A stretch of 64,000 nucleotides of DNA from Lingula anatina. Its lineage: Eukaryota > Animalia > Brachiopoda. A program made the translations under genes and the position numbers. Of the stretch, positions 24,101 through 36,926 are shown piece after piece. The DNA lies in NCBI GenBank assembly GCA_051362555.1, contig CM120643.1, positions 9,610,001-9,674,000 of the forward strand. Reading direction: 5' to 3'. The notes below the pieces were generated by a model, which saw nothing but the letters and a program-made list of their open reading frames with translations, was not told where the DNA came from and did not search any database. The number at the start of each line of letters is the position of its first letter. Within the stretch, counting starts at the first letter, position 1.

Positions 24101-26234
24101 CCTTCATAAGCGTGCCATACGTCATTTTTGATTATTTCCTGGTGCAGAATGCATTTTCGGTTTCATAAAATGTAAATAGAAACTTTTATAAGCCTCCAAA
24201 TAAATATAGGATTCAGATGCTACATGGGCCTGCAGTTTATATGTACAATATATGAGTAATCCAATTAGTACAAAACTGCCGATCTATAAAACAAGTGTCA
24301 GCAAACAAAATGGCTGAATTAAAGCAAAAGAATACATCTTTGACCGCATGAGGAAAATTGTTAGCCATTATTTTGATCAAAACCAAGTGATGGTTGCATG
24401 CCGCTATTTTAATCATTTGGTGTTATTTATAATCTTTGAACTGTGGGACCCTCATTCGCTTGTATTAGGTAAAATGGTACTATTCTGGGAGCTCAAAAGT
24501 AATTTTCCAGTGCTAATTTGGTGACAGAAGATAATAAAAAGGTAATATAAGGTTGTAAAATAAATTCCAAGATGAGTTTCGTTGAGTATGTTACAAAAAT
24601 GTGGAACCCGAACCACATGCTCAATTATATAATCTAGATTTATCTTAAGTGACCTTAAGTGACCAATGGCAATAAATATATATACATAGTGCAGGGTTCT
24701 CCCCAGGCCTTTATAGCGTATTCTCTTTTTGCCGATACGCTTCTTTTTTTGCCGACACGCTTCTTTTTTTGCCGACACGATTCTTTGAACTCCGATACCC
24801 TTTAAGAGTGTGTGTGTGACCAATGCCTTTAATGCCTTTATTCCTGACAGTCGCGACGTAAACGACTTGTGTGCGTACTTGGATCTCTTGTGTGCACGTT
24901 AAGATGTTTATTTTTATTCTGCCTGGCGCAGTAATACAAGTATTAACATCTCATGTTGAGGGCGCGGGACCTGCGTACTGACAAGTTTTGAATATCAACA
25001 TCCGCTTATTAGTTTCGTCATCAATGTAATTTTGTGAGATTTGTTTGCTTTATCTATATTTTTGGAGAAATATAATAAATAGTCTATTCTTCATGTTATT
25101 TTGACTGAAGAATAGTAGCAGTCGTGATCATTTATAAATAAATGAATCCATGCGGCAAGAGAAAATATCAGAAAAGATGCAACGCTATTTAATACATTAG
25201 CTCCTGTCGGGACAGGTGAAAATTCAGCTCGGACAGGTTAAGTTGCAGGGTTGGCTGTCCGACGGACAGGTCATGATTTTTGAGAAATTAGGAGCAAAAA
25301 TCCTTTTAAAAAATCTTTTTTGACTTACGTCTTTTTGTCTCCTCTTGGCACAAAACACGTGCAGTCGCAAAACGAAGTCTGAGCAAACTTACCGCCAAAT
25401 TATAAAAGTGAACACCCTCCAGAACTTCACAAGACAAAATTTATTCACATAACAGGCTCACTACTGAATATTTATTTGGTTAAAAATCTACGTGCTCTAG
25501 ACATAAAGAAACAGAAACTACGCAAGTACTGTGCTGGTTACAAAGCCAGATTGGACTAGATGAACTGGCTATATCTAGTTCGTTGTCAAGGCAACATACT
25601 GCCTGTCAATCAAATACGTTGTATGCCATCTACTCACTATAGAACGTGAAATCTTTGGGACTGAAGATCTTGTTGAAATATTGTTTATTTGACAAAATAT
25701 AACCTGAAATTTTGTATGATGTTTTCTTTAATGACTTTAGCATCACCTATATTATTTACAGTTAAAAATTTAGTGCTGGAATATGATAAATTAACATTGC
25801 TGTCATATACCAGTGTGATATTGATGTAAGGAAGAAATTAGTAATAACAAATATGAGAATTTGAATAAAAAGGGGAATTTTTTTATACTGATTTTATTTA
25901 ACTCATATATTAAAAAAATCAAACACATGATAACCCATAAAAAGTTGAATTGTTAACATAAATATAAAAAGGTATTATATGATGAATATTCTTTAATTTT
26001 TCATTGAACTTTATTCAAATATTATAAAATTTGAATACTTTAATGAAATTAGTCTAACAGTACCCCCTCCCCACCTGCCGCTCAGGGTTTTTATTTTTTG
26101 CTTTGGTTAAACTTCATGTGAATTTGTTATCAAATTGCAGATTCACAAATTGCAGACCCTGTACCCAAAATCCCAGAAGCCCTGATTGAAACTTTATAAT
26201 GTTAAATCAGACTTATATGCAAGATAATCTTCAG

Positions 26235-27173
26235 GGCCCGGTTTCATCAAGGCTGGATAGCACTATCCTATGGATAAAAATGGCCGCTATCCTCTGGATA
26301 GAGCTATCCAGAGGATAGTGCGTTTCATCAACAGTGGATAGCGTTATCCAGGGGATAAATCAGCTTATCCAGAGGATAAAGTTGTCCGCTCGAAATAGGT
26401 GGGATAAATCTGCTATCATGCTGTTAAATCATCAAAAATGGTTTGACAGTAAATCCTGTGAGATTTCACAGGCGGAGAATAATTAGAAAAAGAATTTAAA
26501 AAGATGTGTGGTTGCTTTTGATGCTTTGAGTGATACTGAATCAATAGATTACATAACAGACTTGATCAAAGTTGACATCGCGCCTGTTACGAACAGAACC
26601 CATGCAATCTCCGTGAGAGACCAATTATCTTTTATTTTACTAAAACATACCTTTTAAATCGACGAAAAAACTCTACACTGCTATTGACATAATCTGCCAA
26701 ACTTGCCAAGTCAGCCATTTTGTTAGAAAGTATGTCACGACCTTGCCCTTCAACTGCAAATTGTAAACATTGCATGAGGCACAACTAATGCAATGTGATG
26801 TGTTTTTGACACTGACACTAAAATATGCTGTAGATATTAGTCCCATTATTTTAATGAATGTACCATCTTGAAATATACTTAGAATATTGTTTATCATGGG
26901 TAATTTATTTTCCAAATATGGTATAGATAACTTTTTTGTTAGCAACTATCATGGCTTTTATAATGTTTATAGCAACCAACTGCATTATGGGAATGTATTT
27001 TTCCAAATATTGTATTGGATGAATTTTTATCTACTGGATTACTATCATGCTGTTTATCCAGCCTTTGTGAAACACAAATTTATACAGGGGATAACTATAC
27101 AGAGGATAAGAAATTTATACATTGGATAGTGTTATCCATAGGATAGCCTATCCAGCCTTGATGAAACCGGGCC
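26235..27173. mobile_element. Harbinger-type MITE
   Basis: TIR GGCCCGGTTTCATCAAGGCTGGATAG; TSD CAG; many subterminal TATCCnnnGGATA palindromes. Confidence 0.92.
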
Positions 27174-29254
27174 CAGGAGTTCACAAGTATGAAAAAACAA
27201 CTTTTTTATCTGAAAATAAATCCACTTTAAGGTGCATTTTCCGGCTCATTTGATTGAATGTCTTGGCAATAAATGCATTAAATGTATGACTACACATATT
27301 TATTTACAAAGTTCAATGGTATGAATAGAAAAAAATTATTAGTTTTGTTGGACAGGTTGGATTGAAATTCGGACAGGTGCTCATAAAAGTTAGTGTCTAG
27401 CCCTGATGTTCCCACAAAATTTGGTCCTGCACGTGGGCTATGTTGTAATGATTTAATGACAGCTTCAGATTGCATGAAATTGCACCCTTTTTGCATGAAA
27501 TAATGAAAGTTTTTCCTCCGGAGGGAGTGAAAGACAAGCAAATGGACTTTGCTTTGAAATAGCTCTAGATCTTGTCTGCAAAATCATCCAGCAGCACAGC
27601 AAAAAGAAACATGCATGATCAGCTCTGGTAGGCCAATAAGACAACAGCTAGTAAGAATTGAGGTTTTGTCAGTGTCCTATGAGAAACAGCCAAACAATAT
27701 ATGGAAATCCAGTTTCAAGAGAAACATTAATGCATGAGAACATGTCGCATCAGAGGAAAGTGGTATCTTTACACAAAAGAAGGAATCTGCAAAACCAACT
27801 AGAAAGCAACAGCTGCGCAGGAAGGCAAGAGGGATAAAGCAAAGAAGTCGAGGAAGCAGCCTCTTTTCCTAGTTGACAGTGCCAGTGATCATTCCTAGCA
27901 TGATTTGACCAGACAAGTCATCTCACTACCAATAGAAATCCATAAGGCGACTACATAGTTCTCATTGTTTCCAATGGACGAACAAGCACAAAACATCTAC
28001 AGTATATACCAACTACAGGAATATTCATCTTGGAATCATCTTAAAAAACCTTATGCCTTTTTTTATTATCCTCTGTCACCAGAGTAACACCAGAAATTAA
28101 TTATGTACTTCCAAAATAGTAACAATTGATGTATTACGATCATATGTAAGTCCAACAGCTCAAAAAAGGTAAATTATGCCATAATTTTTAAATAGAGACA
28201 GACTCTTGGATATGAACAACAGAATAGCTAACAGTAGTCACCAAACAGTTGAATCTGCCATGCTGGTCTCTTGCACTTAATCTATGTCTGGCAAAACCAT
28301 TTTAAAATTGTTATATAACATATTTTTTGCACAAATTTGACTTCAAGACGTATACAAGCGAAGGTGAAGACGTAAGCCTGTATTGGTGTTGGAGCCTTTT
28401 AATATTTTCTTTTTGTATTATATCTCAGAAGAGATAAGACACATGACTTCTACAACCCAAATGATAAGAAACGATGTATAACATGCTAGTGTAAGAGCAA
28501 TAGCTTCAAATTGATGAGTTATGCCTTACCCGTATTTCAAAATTGTGACTGGCGGCCATCTTGGATTTGAGGATCAAAATGGCTACCAATTGTCTCCAAA
28601 GCACCAAGTATGTGTTCTTTACCTTTAATTAACGACGCTCTCTCATATTTCAGATTTCATATTTCTGCCCTAGCGATTTTGATTAAAATTGTAAGACAAA
28701 ATCTTCTTACCATATGAATAAAAAATATGAAAAAAAAATTGGGGGTACCCAGGCTCGTTTTCGAGAGGTGGCGTCCCGAAAAACACTACGTTTATTACAT
28801 TGCGTTATATGGGGATTTTGCCAAAATGCCCTTAATTTTGCTGAAAAATGCAAAAATAAAAAATTCTGCCCTAGCGATTTTAATTTTATGTGGATATGTT
28901 ATAGATCTTGGTAGACCTCAAAGAAATTTACAAAAAAATATGTACCACACCATGCTTGTTTTTGAGCCAGGGCTGCTTGAACATCGATTTTGATCAAATT
29001 TACATAGGAATCAATGGAAATTTCCAAGCAAATTTAAATAAATGTGTTTTGTATCGTGGGTTTTTTAACTCATACATTTATTTTGCTTCCATGAAAATCA
29101 TATTTATACTTCTCTGCATCAGCTAACCAAATTTCATAAAGTTTGCTTATCCCATTCATAATAAATAGATATTCAAATGTTGAAAGTATCAGTTGGATTT
29201 CAGTATGCCTCATTGAATGCCGCCATATTGGATTTTTCATAGGCTGGACCTACA

Positions 29255-30610
29255 AGCACATGTATCAATCTCTTGTGACTTTTATCTTCCTATTCCTTTT
29301 TTCTTACTGTTTTATACATTTTTAACATTGAGATAGCTGGATAGATTGTTTGCTTTGTATATTTTAATATACATTGTTTAAACAATGTATCAATTTCTTA
29401 CTACTGGTACGTTACATGTAGCCATATTTCTTGACAAACGTGCTTTGGAAACTAGGTGGCAAAAAAGTTAGAATATTCGTCTAAAGACATCTTTTGGTTA
29501 TCAGTTTATTTCGATTTCATATTATATTTACAACATGAAATCAAATAAATATATATAATTAATATACATACATTTTTTAAAATTTAGGCATTAAAGACAT
29601 CCTACATGCATTTTTCTTATTACTTTATACATTTTGTTACTCTTTTTTGTGTTTAGATTAATTTTACATATAGAAGACAATAAAGACCATCTAGACCTCT
29701 TTGAAATGACATGTGCAAATGCTGATATATTAACCACGACATCTTGATTTTCCCCCTAAACATGAAGAAATTGTTTTTATAAACTAGGTATTATATAGAA
29801 TTTGCTAAAGGTTGAACACAGGATTTTGTTAATTGAATGGGAATGAAATAAAAAATCAAATAACAGGGATCTTCCTGGGTCAAAATCTGGCTGGGCCATT
29901 TTAAAAAAATGTGTGCCATGAATTTTTTGTGATAATTCATTATGTTTCAATATCATTTTTTATTTTAATTTTAATCATATTATTTTTCATAGGCTAGGCA
30001 GATTGACCAAAAGCATATTATATCAATCTCATGTGACTTATTTTCTTATTCCTTTTTATTTTTATTTCTTTTGTTTCTTTATTTTTCTTACTCAGTACTA
30101 AAATATGCACTTTATGGTTAGATAGCTGGATAAATTGTTTCCTTTGTATATTAACAATGTATCAATATCTTACTATGGTAAGTTAGTCATATTTCTTTTC
30201 TATATATGGAAGATGGTGACAAAAATACTCATCTACAGATATCTTTGATTATCAGTTTATTTCTGTTTCATATTATGTTTACAACATGCAATCAAATACA
30301 TATCAATAGCATATAAATATGCATATTAATTTAAAAATTTAAAAAATCATACAATTTTTTATTACTTTTTTTGTTACTCGTGGTTTTTTGTGTTTGGATT
30401 GATTTCACTGAGAAGAAAATAAAGACCATCTAGACCTTCTCTTTGAAAAGCAATTTCAAATTCTGATATGCTAACCCTGACAGCTTAATTTTTTTCCTAC
30501 ACATGGAGAAATTATTTTTTTACAAACAAGGTTTTTCTACAGAATTTGGTAAAGGTTTCACACAGGATTTAGTCAATTGACTGGGATAAAATAATAAATC
30601 AGAAAAAAGG
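29255..30610. repeat. Degenerate tandem duplication of ~600 bp (29255-29870 vs 30020-30610)
   Basis: Shared blocks in the same order: ATCAATCTC.TGTGACTT, AGATAGCTGGATA, TTATCAGTTTATTTC, AATAAAGACCATCTAGACCT, CACAGGATTT. Confidence 0.8.
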
Positions 30611-32551
30611 GATTTTCTTCACTTTCATCATTGCAAAAATTAACTAAATTTTGTAACTCAAGACTATCTTTTAATGCATTATGGGCTGAATAATTTCTGT
30701 GAAGTAATAAGTTTACAAACTAAAGTCTCTTGTTTATGATTGGGTAAATTAGGATAAAGTTGGAATAAAGTACACTTTATCTTCTAAAATATACTGTTTA
30801 TTTTCCTAGCATCAAAAAAGTATTACATGTATCTGCATAAAAACCCTTGGTCCTCTGTTGTGTGTTTTATGGTTTTGTCCATTTGCACAAAACCATTACA
30901 AGAATGACGTCGCAACACGCCAGGCGGGTGCACACCGGTTGCATCTTTTCTGGAGAGCTAAAAATCGCACTGTTTGCAGGTCATATTGTTCAATAACATA
31001 CTTAAATCAACAACAAAACGCCATGAGTCTAATTATTTTAACTTATTGTGAAAGAAGAGAATTGTTTTCAGCATACAAATCACGGTAATTTGGGCCTGGG
31101 TGATCGGAAACCAATGCTGAAGAAGGCAATGTCTTGTTGCACACATCGTAACCATGTGATAAATCACCACAATACACATTGTGGTCAAAATGCAAACCAT
31201 TGTGATTATTTTCCGTGAGATAAGATCTTGTCACTGCTATACAAGCCTTACTAAAACGTTCTTTCTATCCCTTCTTCACGTAATTTCTTACATTGCGGCA
31301 TTTGTAAACAAAGTCGCAAGTGGGTACTTTACGTCGTAAAAGACCAAGCGTTCACAGATACGCAACGCATTGTTGACATATTCGTAGCGCTTCGACCAAA
31401 ATAACATCAAAGATTTCATACTGATTTCTTAAAAGGGTGAATTACGTATTTTATTGCATGTTATATGTTTATCATTAGCCGCTATTGCAAAAAACTACTC
31501 ATGCGCGAAATCTGCGCAGATCGCAAAAAAAGCTAATATGAGAGAACTACCTTAAGCCATTTTGGTCTCTTACACTTGTTTCAAGCTCTTTATGATTTTA
31601 TACAACATTTTGTACTAATTAGACTACATGGCACATGTAAGTCTATTTGACAACTTAAGCCTACATGCATATTCATTTTGGAGGATAAAATAGTTTTTAC
31701 TCACATTTTATGAAACAGATAATGTATTCTGCACCAGAAAATCATATAAAACGACGTATTACTCATTTACAAAGATGTAGTACATGTAGTTTCAAAATAG
31801 CGAATTATGCTCAAGTTCAAAATGGTTTTGGCGGCCATCTTGGATTTGAGGGATAAAACGGCCACCAATGGCCTCCATAATGGTAAAAATGTGTTTTTTT
31901 TTTTTTTGCTCATAATATAGTCCAATAGCAATGGTATATAACAAAAAATTGCATTGAGATATATTTGAATACGGGTTATCAATATCCATGGTTTTGCAGC
32001 GTTCACACATATGTGGTAGGCACTTAAAACACCCTCTTTGTCCATTCAAATCACCTACTATCACCAAAACAATATCAAAAATATCAATATCAAAAAAAAA
32101 AAATATATCAAAAATGACTTTTTCATCCCCAAAATAGTAGGAATCGATATATATATCAAGTATATATAGATCAAACGCTTCAAAATTCAACATAAAATAG
32201 CAAAATTATGTCCACTTTCAAAATGGCGGGTGGCGGCCATCTTGGATTTGAGGCACAAAATGGCCACCAATTGCTTCCAAATGATCAAAAATGGGTTCCT
32301 TGTCCCTAATTTAGTCAGGTTTGATAATCTATACATGTTTCTAGGCCAAACATTAATGGGAATATGAAATATTATATATTTTGGCACCTAATTTGCATAA
32401 TTTATGCTAATTTATGAATCGATAGAGCGCGTCTCTTTGGATAAAAAATTTTCTTTTGGCCCAAGGAACATTTATGCCAAGTTCGACATTTGTACTATAA
32501 AATGCAGTGTTTGGCCATTTTTTGGTCCTTAACAAGCCTACTACTACTGCT

Positions 32552-32878
32552 ACTGAATAACGAGCGAGAGAACTGGCGACTGCTTCGTGAAACGGCACTC
32601 ATAACTAGCGAGAGGCTAACGACCGATCGCTAAAGCCCCCTTTACACTGGACGGCGTCCTTTCTGCGTCCAGCAGTACGACCCCATTTGAGAGTTAAAAA
32701 ATTATAATACTTTACGTGCCGACAACTGGCCGATCATTGAGCATTCATTTTGATGCAAAACCAATGCTCCTGCCTCCTAATTAAGACCACAGGGATGCCA
32801 AATTCCATGGTCGCAGAAAGGACGCCGTCCAGTGTAAAGGGGGTATAACTAACTACTGCTTCGTGAAACCGGCCCCTG
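32552..32878 (-). mobile_element. Terminal fragment of Harbinger family H2, interrupted by a small MITE
   Basis: Reverse complement of 55386-55490, ending GTGAAACCGGCCC. Confidence 0.8.
32634..32845. mobile_element. Small Harbinger-type MITE (TWA target)
   Basis: AGCCCCCTTTACACTGGACGGCGTCC...GGACGCCGTCCAGTGTAAAGGGGGTA; TSD TAA; second copy at 52777-52999. Confidence 0.9.
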
Positions 32879-33607
32879 GTCTCCGAGACGTACTTTAAAC
32901 CTACCGCAGACCGAGATCCATTCACGCCGCAGATGCTACACATGTTAAAAATTATACATGCCCTCTCTCTCTCTCTCTGCGAAACATTAAGACGTGCACA
33001 TTTTAACATATTGAAATGGTGCATGAAGATCTAACATGTTCACTTTACAAATTATACTAGGAAATTGATCTTTTTTGTTTTGTTTTTTTTATATTATACC
33101 CTAGGGATTGATCATGATATTTTTCAAATTATACCTTGGGGCGTACTATGTACATTATTTAAACACAAAGTTTAAATAATAAACACAAATGTGTAATGTG
33201 CTAACAATACACTTAGTTTTTATTAAAAACAGGTTATCAAGTGCGCAGTTTTTCTCTCATAAAAACAATTGTTTGCTTCCAATTGTAACTTGAAAAACGT
33301 GTGCGATGGTTTGTCTTACCACGCTGTTTTTTTTTTTTTTTGTTTTTTTTTAATTTAAGTTCTTTTCAGAATGTCAGCCATCTTCCATTTACTGCGTTAA
33401 CTTAAACTGCTCGAAACTTAACAGCACGAGTTAACATTTTGGACAATGTAAGACGAATTCATTCAAAACTCTTCTATGAATTTGACATCTTTCAAACGTG
33501 CGTATTATTAAAGACTTGCTATTATTTTTTTCTCTTCTTCCTCCTCCTCTTCACCTTCCTCGTCTCCTTCATCTTCATCCTCATCCTCCTCTTCCTCACC
33601 ATTTCCT

Positions 33608-35316
33608 TCATCCTCCTTTGTTCCCCCCGCACGCCTTTTGCTTCGTTATCGTTTTAGGCACCACTTGGATTGCCACAACTTTAGGTTTACTAACTGGTTT
33701 GGGTTCGACTTTAACAGTTGTAACTTTCTTTTTAGGCTTCGGCTTCGCAACGACAACTGACACCACTTTTGGTTTACTAACTGGTTTGCGTTCCACTTCA
33801 ACGGCTACAATTTTCGGTTTAGGGATGGGTTTCCGTCTTGGGGGAGGTTTGCGGATTGAGAAGCTAGATGGTCGTGTAACTTTTTGAACTCGCCGCTTTA
33901 AAAGGGGAGAGGGTCGTGGTCTTGGCCTTGGTCTTCTTCTTCTCGATCGACTGTCCCTGACATTATCACGTCGCTGATGCCCTATATATCTTGGCCTTGG
34001 CCGATACCTTGGTCTATATCTTCTACGACCGATTACATACCTATAACGTATTCGGCGGGATCGTTTCCGCTGAAGTTTCTTCGGTGTTCTTTTAACTATC
34101 TTGTAGAGATTCGTACGGCCAAAAAAACCTCCACAAGGCAGCTGCGATTTTTGGCAACTAACGCCACATGCGTATTTATTCACTTCCCTAAGTTGACGGA
34201 GATGAACGTTGTTTTTCAAACAGCGGCATATGTTGATCCCCCTTCAATTTAAAAGTGAAATCATCATTAATGGCGTTCTTTTTTTTTTTTTTTTTCACAT
34301 GAAATACCAGTATGATTCACATTTGGACTTTGGTTGATCAAAGTTTTTTAAAGGATAACGGCGGTTTTTATGACAGTTTAACTTTTGTCGCTTTGAAGTT
34401 TGCACAGTGAATCTATCGAACGAAATATTAAAGATACTAATCAATGAGCAAGAATTGATGAAAGGACACAGGCATGCAAACATGCTTGTGAATTACACAA
34501 CGCCAAAAACTGGCAACAGAAATAATGTTTGACACACTAGCTGTATTAAGTCCTCATTTTAGATTTTGGGTAATTCACATTCCAATAACATTTTTTGTAG
34601 CTTACCTCGAATGGCTCAGTGCTACATATTTAGTTCCTTGCTTTTTGCAGAAGTCTGTGCAGTCTCCAACTTCGAGTTTCTCCCCCCTCTTTTCATGACT
34701 GTTGAAGAGGGCCGGGCTGGGTCTAGCATAGCAGCCCTTGTATTGTGCGCCCTCCGCGCCGGCATATGAAATGTAGTCCCCTGTTCAAGAAAAATGTTAT
34801 TTTAATTTCATTTAAACGTGGTTGATAATGCATCATAATTTGATATATCGTTAGAAGTAAACGGAAAGGTTTGCAGGGTTTTCGCCAGAAATAAGAAAAA
34901 TTAAAGAAATATTTTGTACTGTTTTGCAGACTTCTACTAGACCTACTTACAGATTTCTATTTTTAAAATTCCCAAACCTCAAATATCTGTAAATTTAATC
35001 AACATTTTTACCAAGTGGTTATTACAAGCTTTTTTATCTTACCAAAACTTATTGAATAAAATCAAAATTAAAATTGAACAGACATGCCGAAAACGAATTT
35101 ATGAAATCTTCTTTAATTCGCTGATTTGAAAAAAAAAACCATATTCTACTGACAAGGGGTGAAACGAAAATAGCAATATGTAATGATTGATAGCACTAAA
35201 CCTTTGTGTTGTACTTTTGAGGCGTTTTTAAAATACATACATGCACTGGTAGGCGTGAGAAGGAAAGTCAAGAAGCAACACAAGAAGACAGCTGCAATTT
35301 GTGAGAAGGCCATCAT
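33608..35316 (-). CDS. Secreted WSC-domain protein with Arg/Tyr/Pro-rich and Lys/Val/Pro-repeat tail, copy A (294 aa; exons 35316-35241, 34780-34606, 34241-33608)
   Basis: GT-AG introns with compatible phases. Signal peptide MMAFSQIAAVFLCCFLTFLLTPTSA. WSC pattern YKGCY..DCTDFC...YVAL..CRC..C..SC....PCGG....LY. Exon structure is conserved in copy B. Confidence 0.88.
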
Positions 35317-35677
35317 ACCTGAAAAGAGTTCATTTACAGAGAGCCTCATTTCGAACGTTTACGTTGCAACTCAAATTCAATTAAGTATTTCAAATAAATA
35401 AATCCGTACGAAATTAAAGGTGATTCGTTAGTGTAAAGGGGTGATGGGTGACCTCGTCTTGTTAGGCTGTTACATCGTCTAATATGGAATAAGATTGAGC
35501 AAAAACGTTCATTAGCTGGGAAGTTGAATCATAAGAAAAAGACAAACCGAAAATCTTTCATGCTGTTAGCCAACGGGTACAGTATCTCCCTCATTGTAAA
35601 GAAATTTCAGAAAAAATGGGCAGGGTCTACAAAAAGCATACTGTCAAAGACAAGGCCCCTTCAGAACAACGTTGCTG

Positions 35678-35680
<3 letters not shown>

Positions 35681-35736
<56 letters not shown>
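35681..35736. repeat. (TA)n microsatellite
   Basis: Perfect TA run; paralogous run at 61301-61367. Confidence 0.95.
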
Positions 35737-35739
<3 letters not shown>

Positions 35740-36344
35740 TCGCCCTTCAAGAAATCGACGCCTTCAAGAAATCGACGAAAACCGGAAGTGCGTGTTTTTG
35801 CACTGTTTTTCCTGTCATGCCCATCATAAACACTGTGTTGTCAAGTAAAATGAAGCGTCTGATACAAAGTATCAAACGCGGCATTCACGTGCTTGCTGGC
35901 GATGCGTTCAGTACACTTTGTTTACACTGACATGTCGAGGTCAGAAATGCACAATGTTTTTCTATGTAATTACGCAGTTTCAATTTTGATTAGTGAATTT
36001 TCTTTTATCTGCATGGTCATTTTCCGAACATTTGTATAAGCCACGAAATATTTCTCATCGGAAAATCACCCAGCAGCTTTCCAAGTACAAACGAGTGACG
36101 TCATGACGCACTTCCGGTTTTCGTCGAGATCTTGAAGGGATTAGCGTTACGGTTTGCTGCACATTGAAAGCGTTCTGTCTCAAAATGTTCTCAACTGCTT
36201 GGATTGAAATTTACAGAACTTATTCTTCACATGATAACACACATATGTGCTTAATTTGAGAGCTTTAGCTGTTATATGTTTTCTACAGTGCCCATTCAAA
36301 TTTGAAAAAGAGCTATTTTCCGTCGATTTCTTGAAGGGCAAGTA
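35737..36344. mobile_element. MITE sharing ends with the pogo/Fot-like element at 37253-41679
   Basis: GACTCGCCCTTCAAGAAATCGACG...CGTCGATTTCTTGAAGGGCAAGT, inserted in (TA)n. Confidence 0.9.
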
Positions 36345-36467
36345 TATATATATATATGATCAATTGCCATGACTGCAATTCTTTTTTACATTGGTGAGAT
36401 CGGTAGAAAGGTGAGTGAACAAAAAAAAAAAAGAAAAAAATCTGTGCTATTTCTGAACATTTAATAG

Positions 36468-36620
36468 ACACCGGTCACAGGATTGGCAAACACAATCCTT
36501 GAATCTGAGTCACGTGATATCCCACGTGAGGTACGAGAGGCTATCAACATCCGTCACCAGCCACCCATGAAGGGAAGGGGGGGTCGATCTACCTGACATT
36601 CATAAGAGGATCCTGCCCGC
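36468..36620 (+). mobile_element. Penelope-like retroelement 3' remnant (GIY-YIG C-terminus)
   Basis: TGHRI..TILESESRDIPREVREAINIRHQPP..G.DLPDIH..IL matches the end of Penelope ORFs. Confidence 0.6.
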
Positions 36621-36926
36621 TATACCACCTATCGGGCTCCAGGTTGGCCGTAAGCTAACTGTATAAAAGTTTTTCGGCTTGTGTTTGATAATTTTCATTT
36701 ATGGAATAAGATTATATGACATAAAATTGATTGGAAATTGGGAAAAATACCAGCCCGATAAAAACTTCGGTGCTAACTCGAAATGATTGTAAAGGCAATG
36801 TGATTTTTGGCCGAAATATCTTTAAATGTTTCGATTCACTTGTTGAAACCACGCAAAATATAGATTTTGGTTGCGTTATTTCACCTAATTTGCGACCAAA
36901 ATCATTACCGTTTCATTTCAACTTAC

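Larger units (their letters stand above)
23229..32543. mobile_element. 9.3-kb non-autonomous element with long TIRs (Academ-like termini)
   Basis: TAGTAGGCTTGTTAAGG...CCTTAACAAGCCTACTA. TIRs of ~780 bp (23229-~24010 and ~31722-32543). 3-bp TSD CTA at 23226-23228 and 32544-32546. Repeated AAATCCAAGATGGCCGCC motifs. Confidence 0.88.

Noticed and set aside
24692-27440. hAT-like ends (CAGGGTTCTCCCCAG at 24692; TAGCCCTG near 27400)
   Set aside because: Matching opposite ends and 8-bp TSDs were not found, so no element could be delimited.
33608-34219. Protamine-like or histone H1-like nuclear protein
   Set aside because: The basic ORF is the last exon of a gene with a signal peptide and WSC domain.
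35524-35930. ORFs with IYIY runs (also 42973 and 61144)
   Set aside because: Translations of (TA)n microsatellites.
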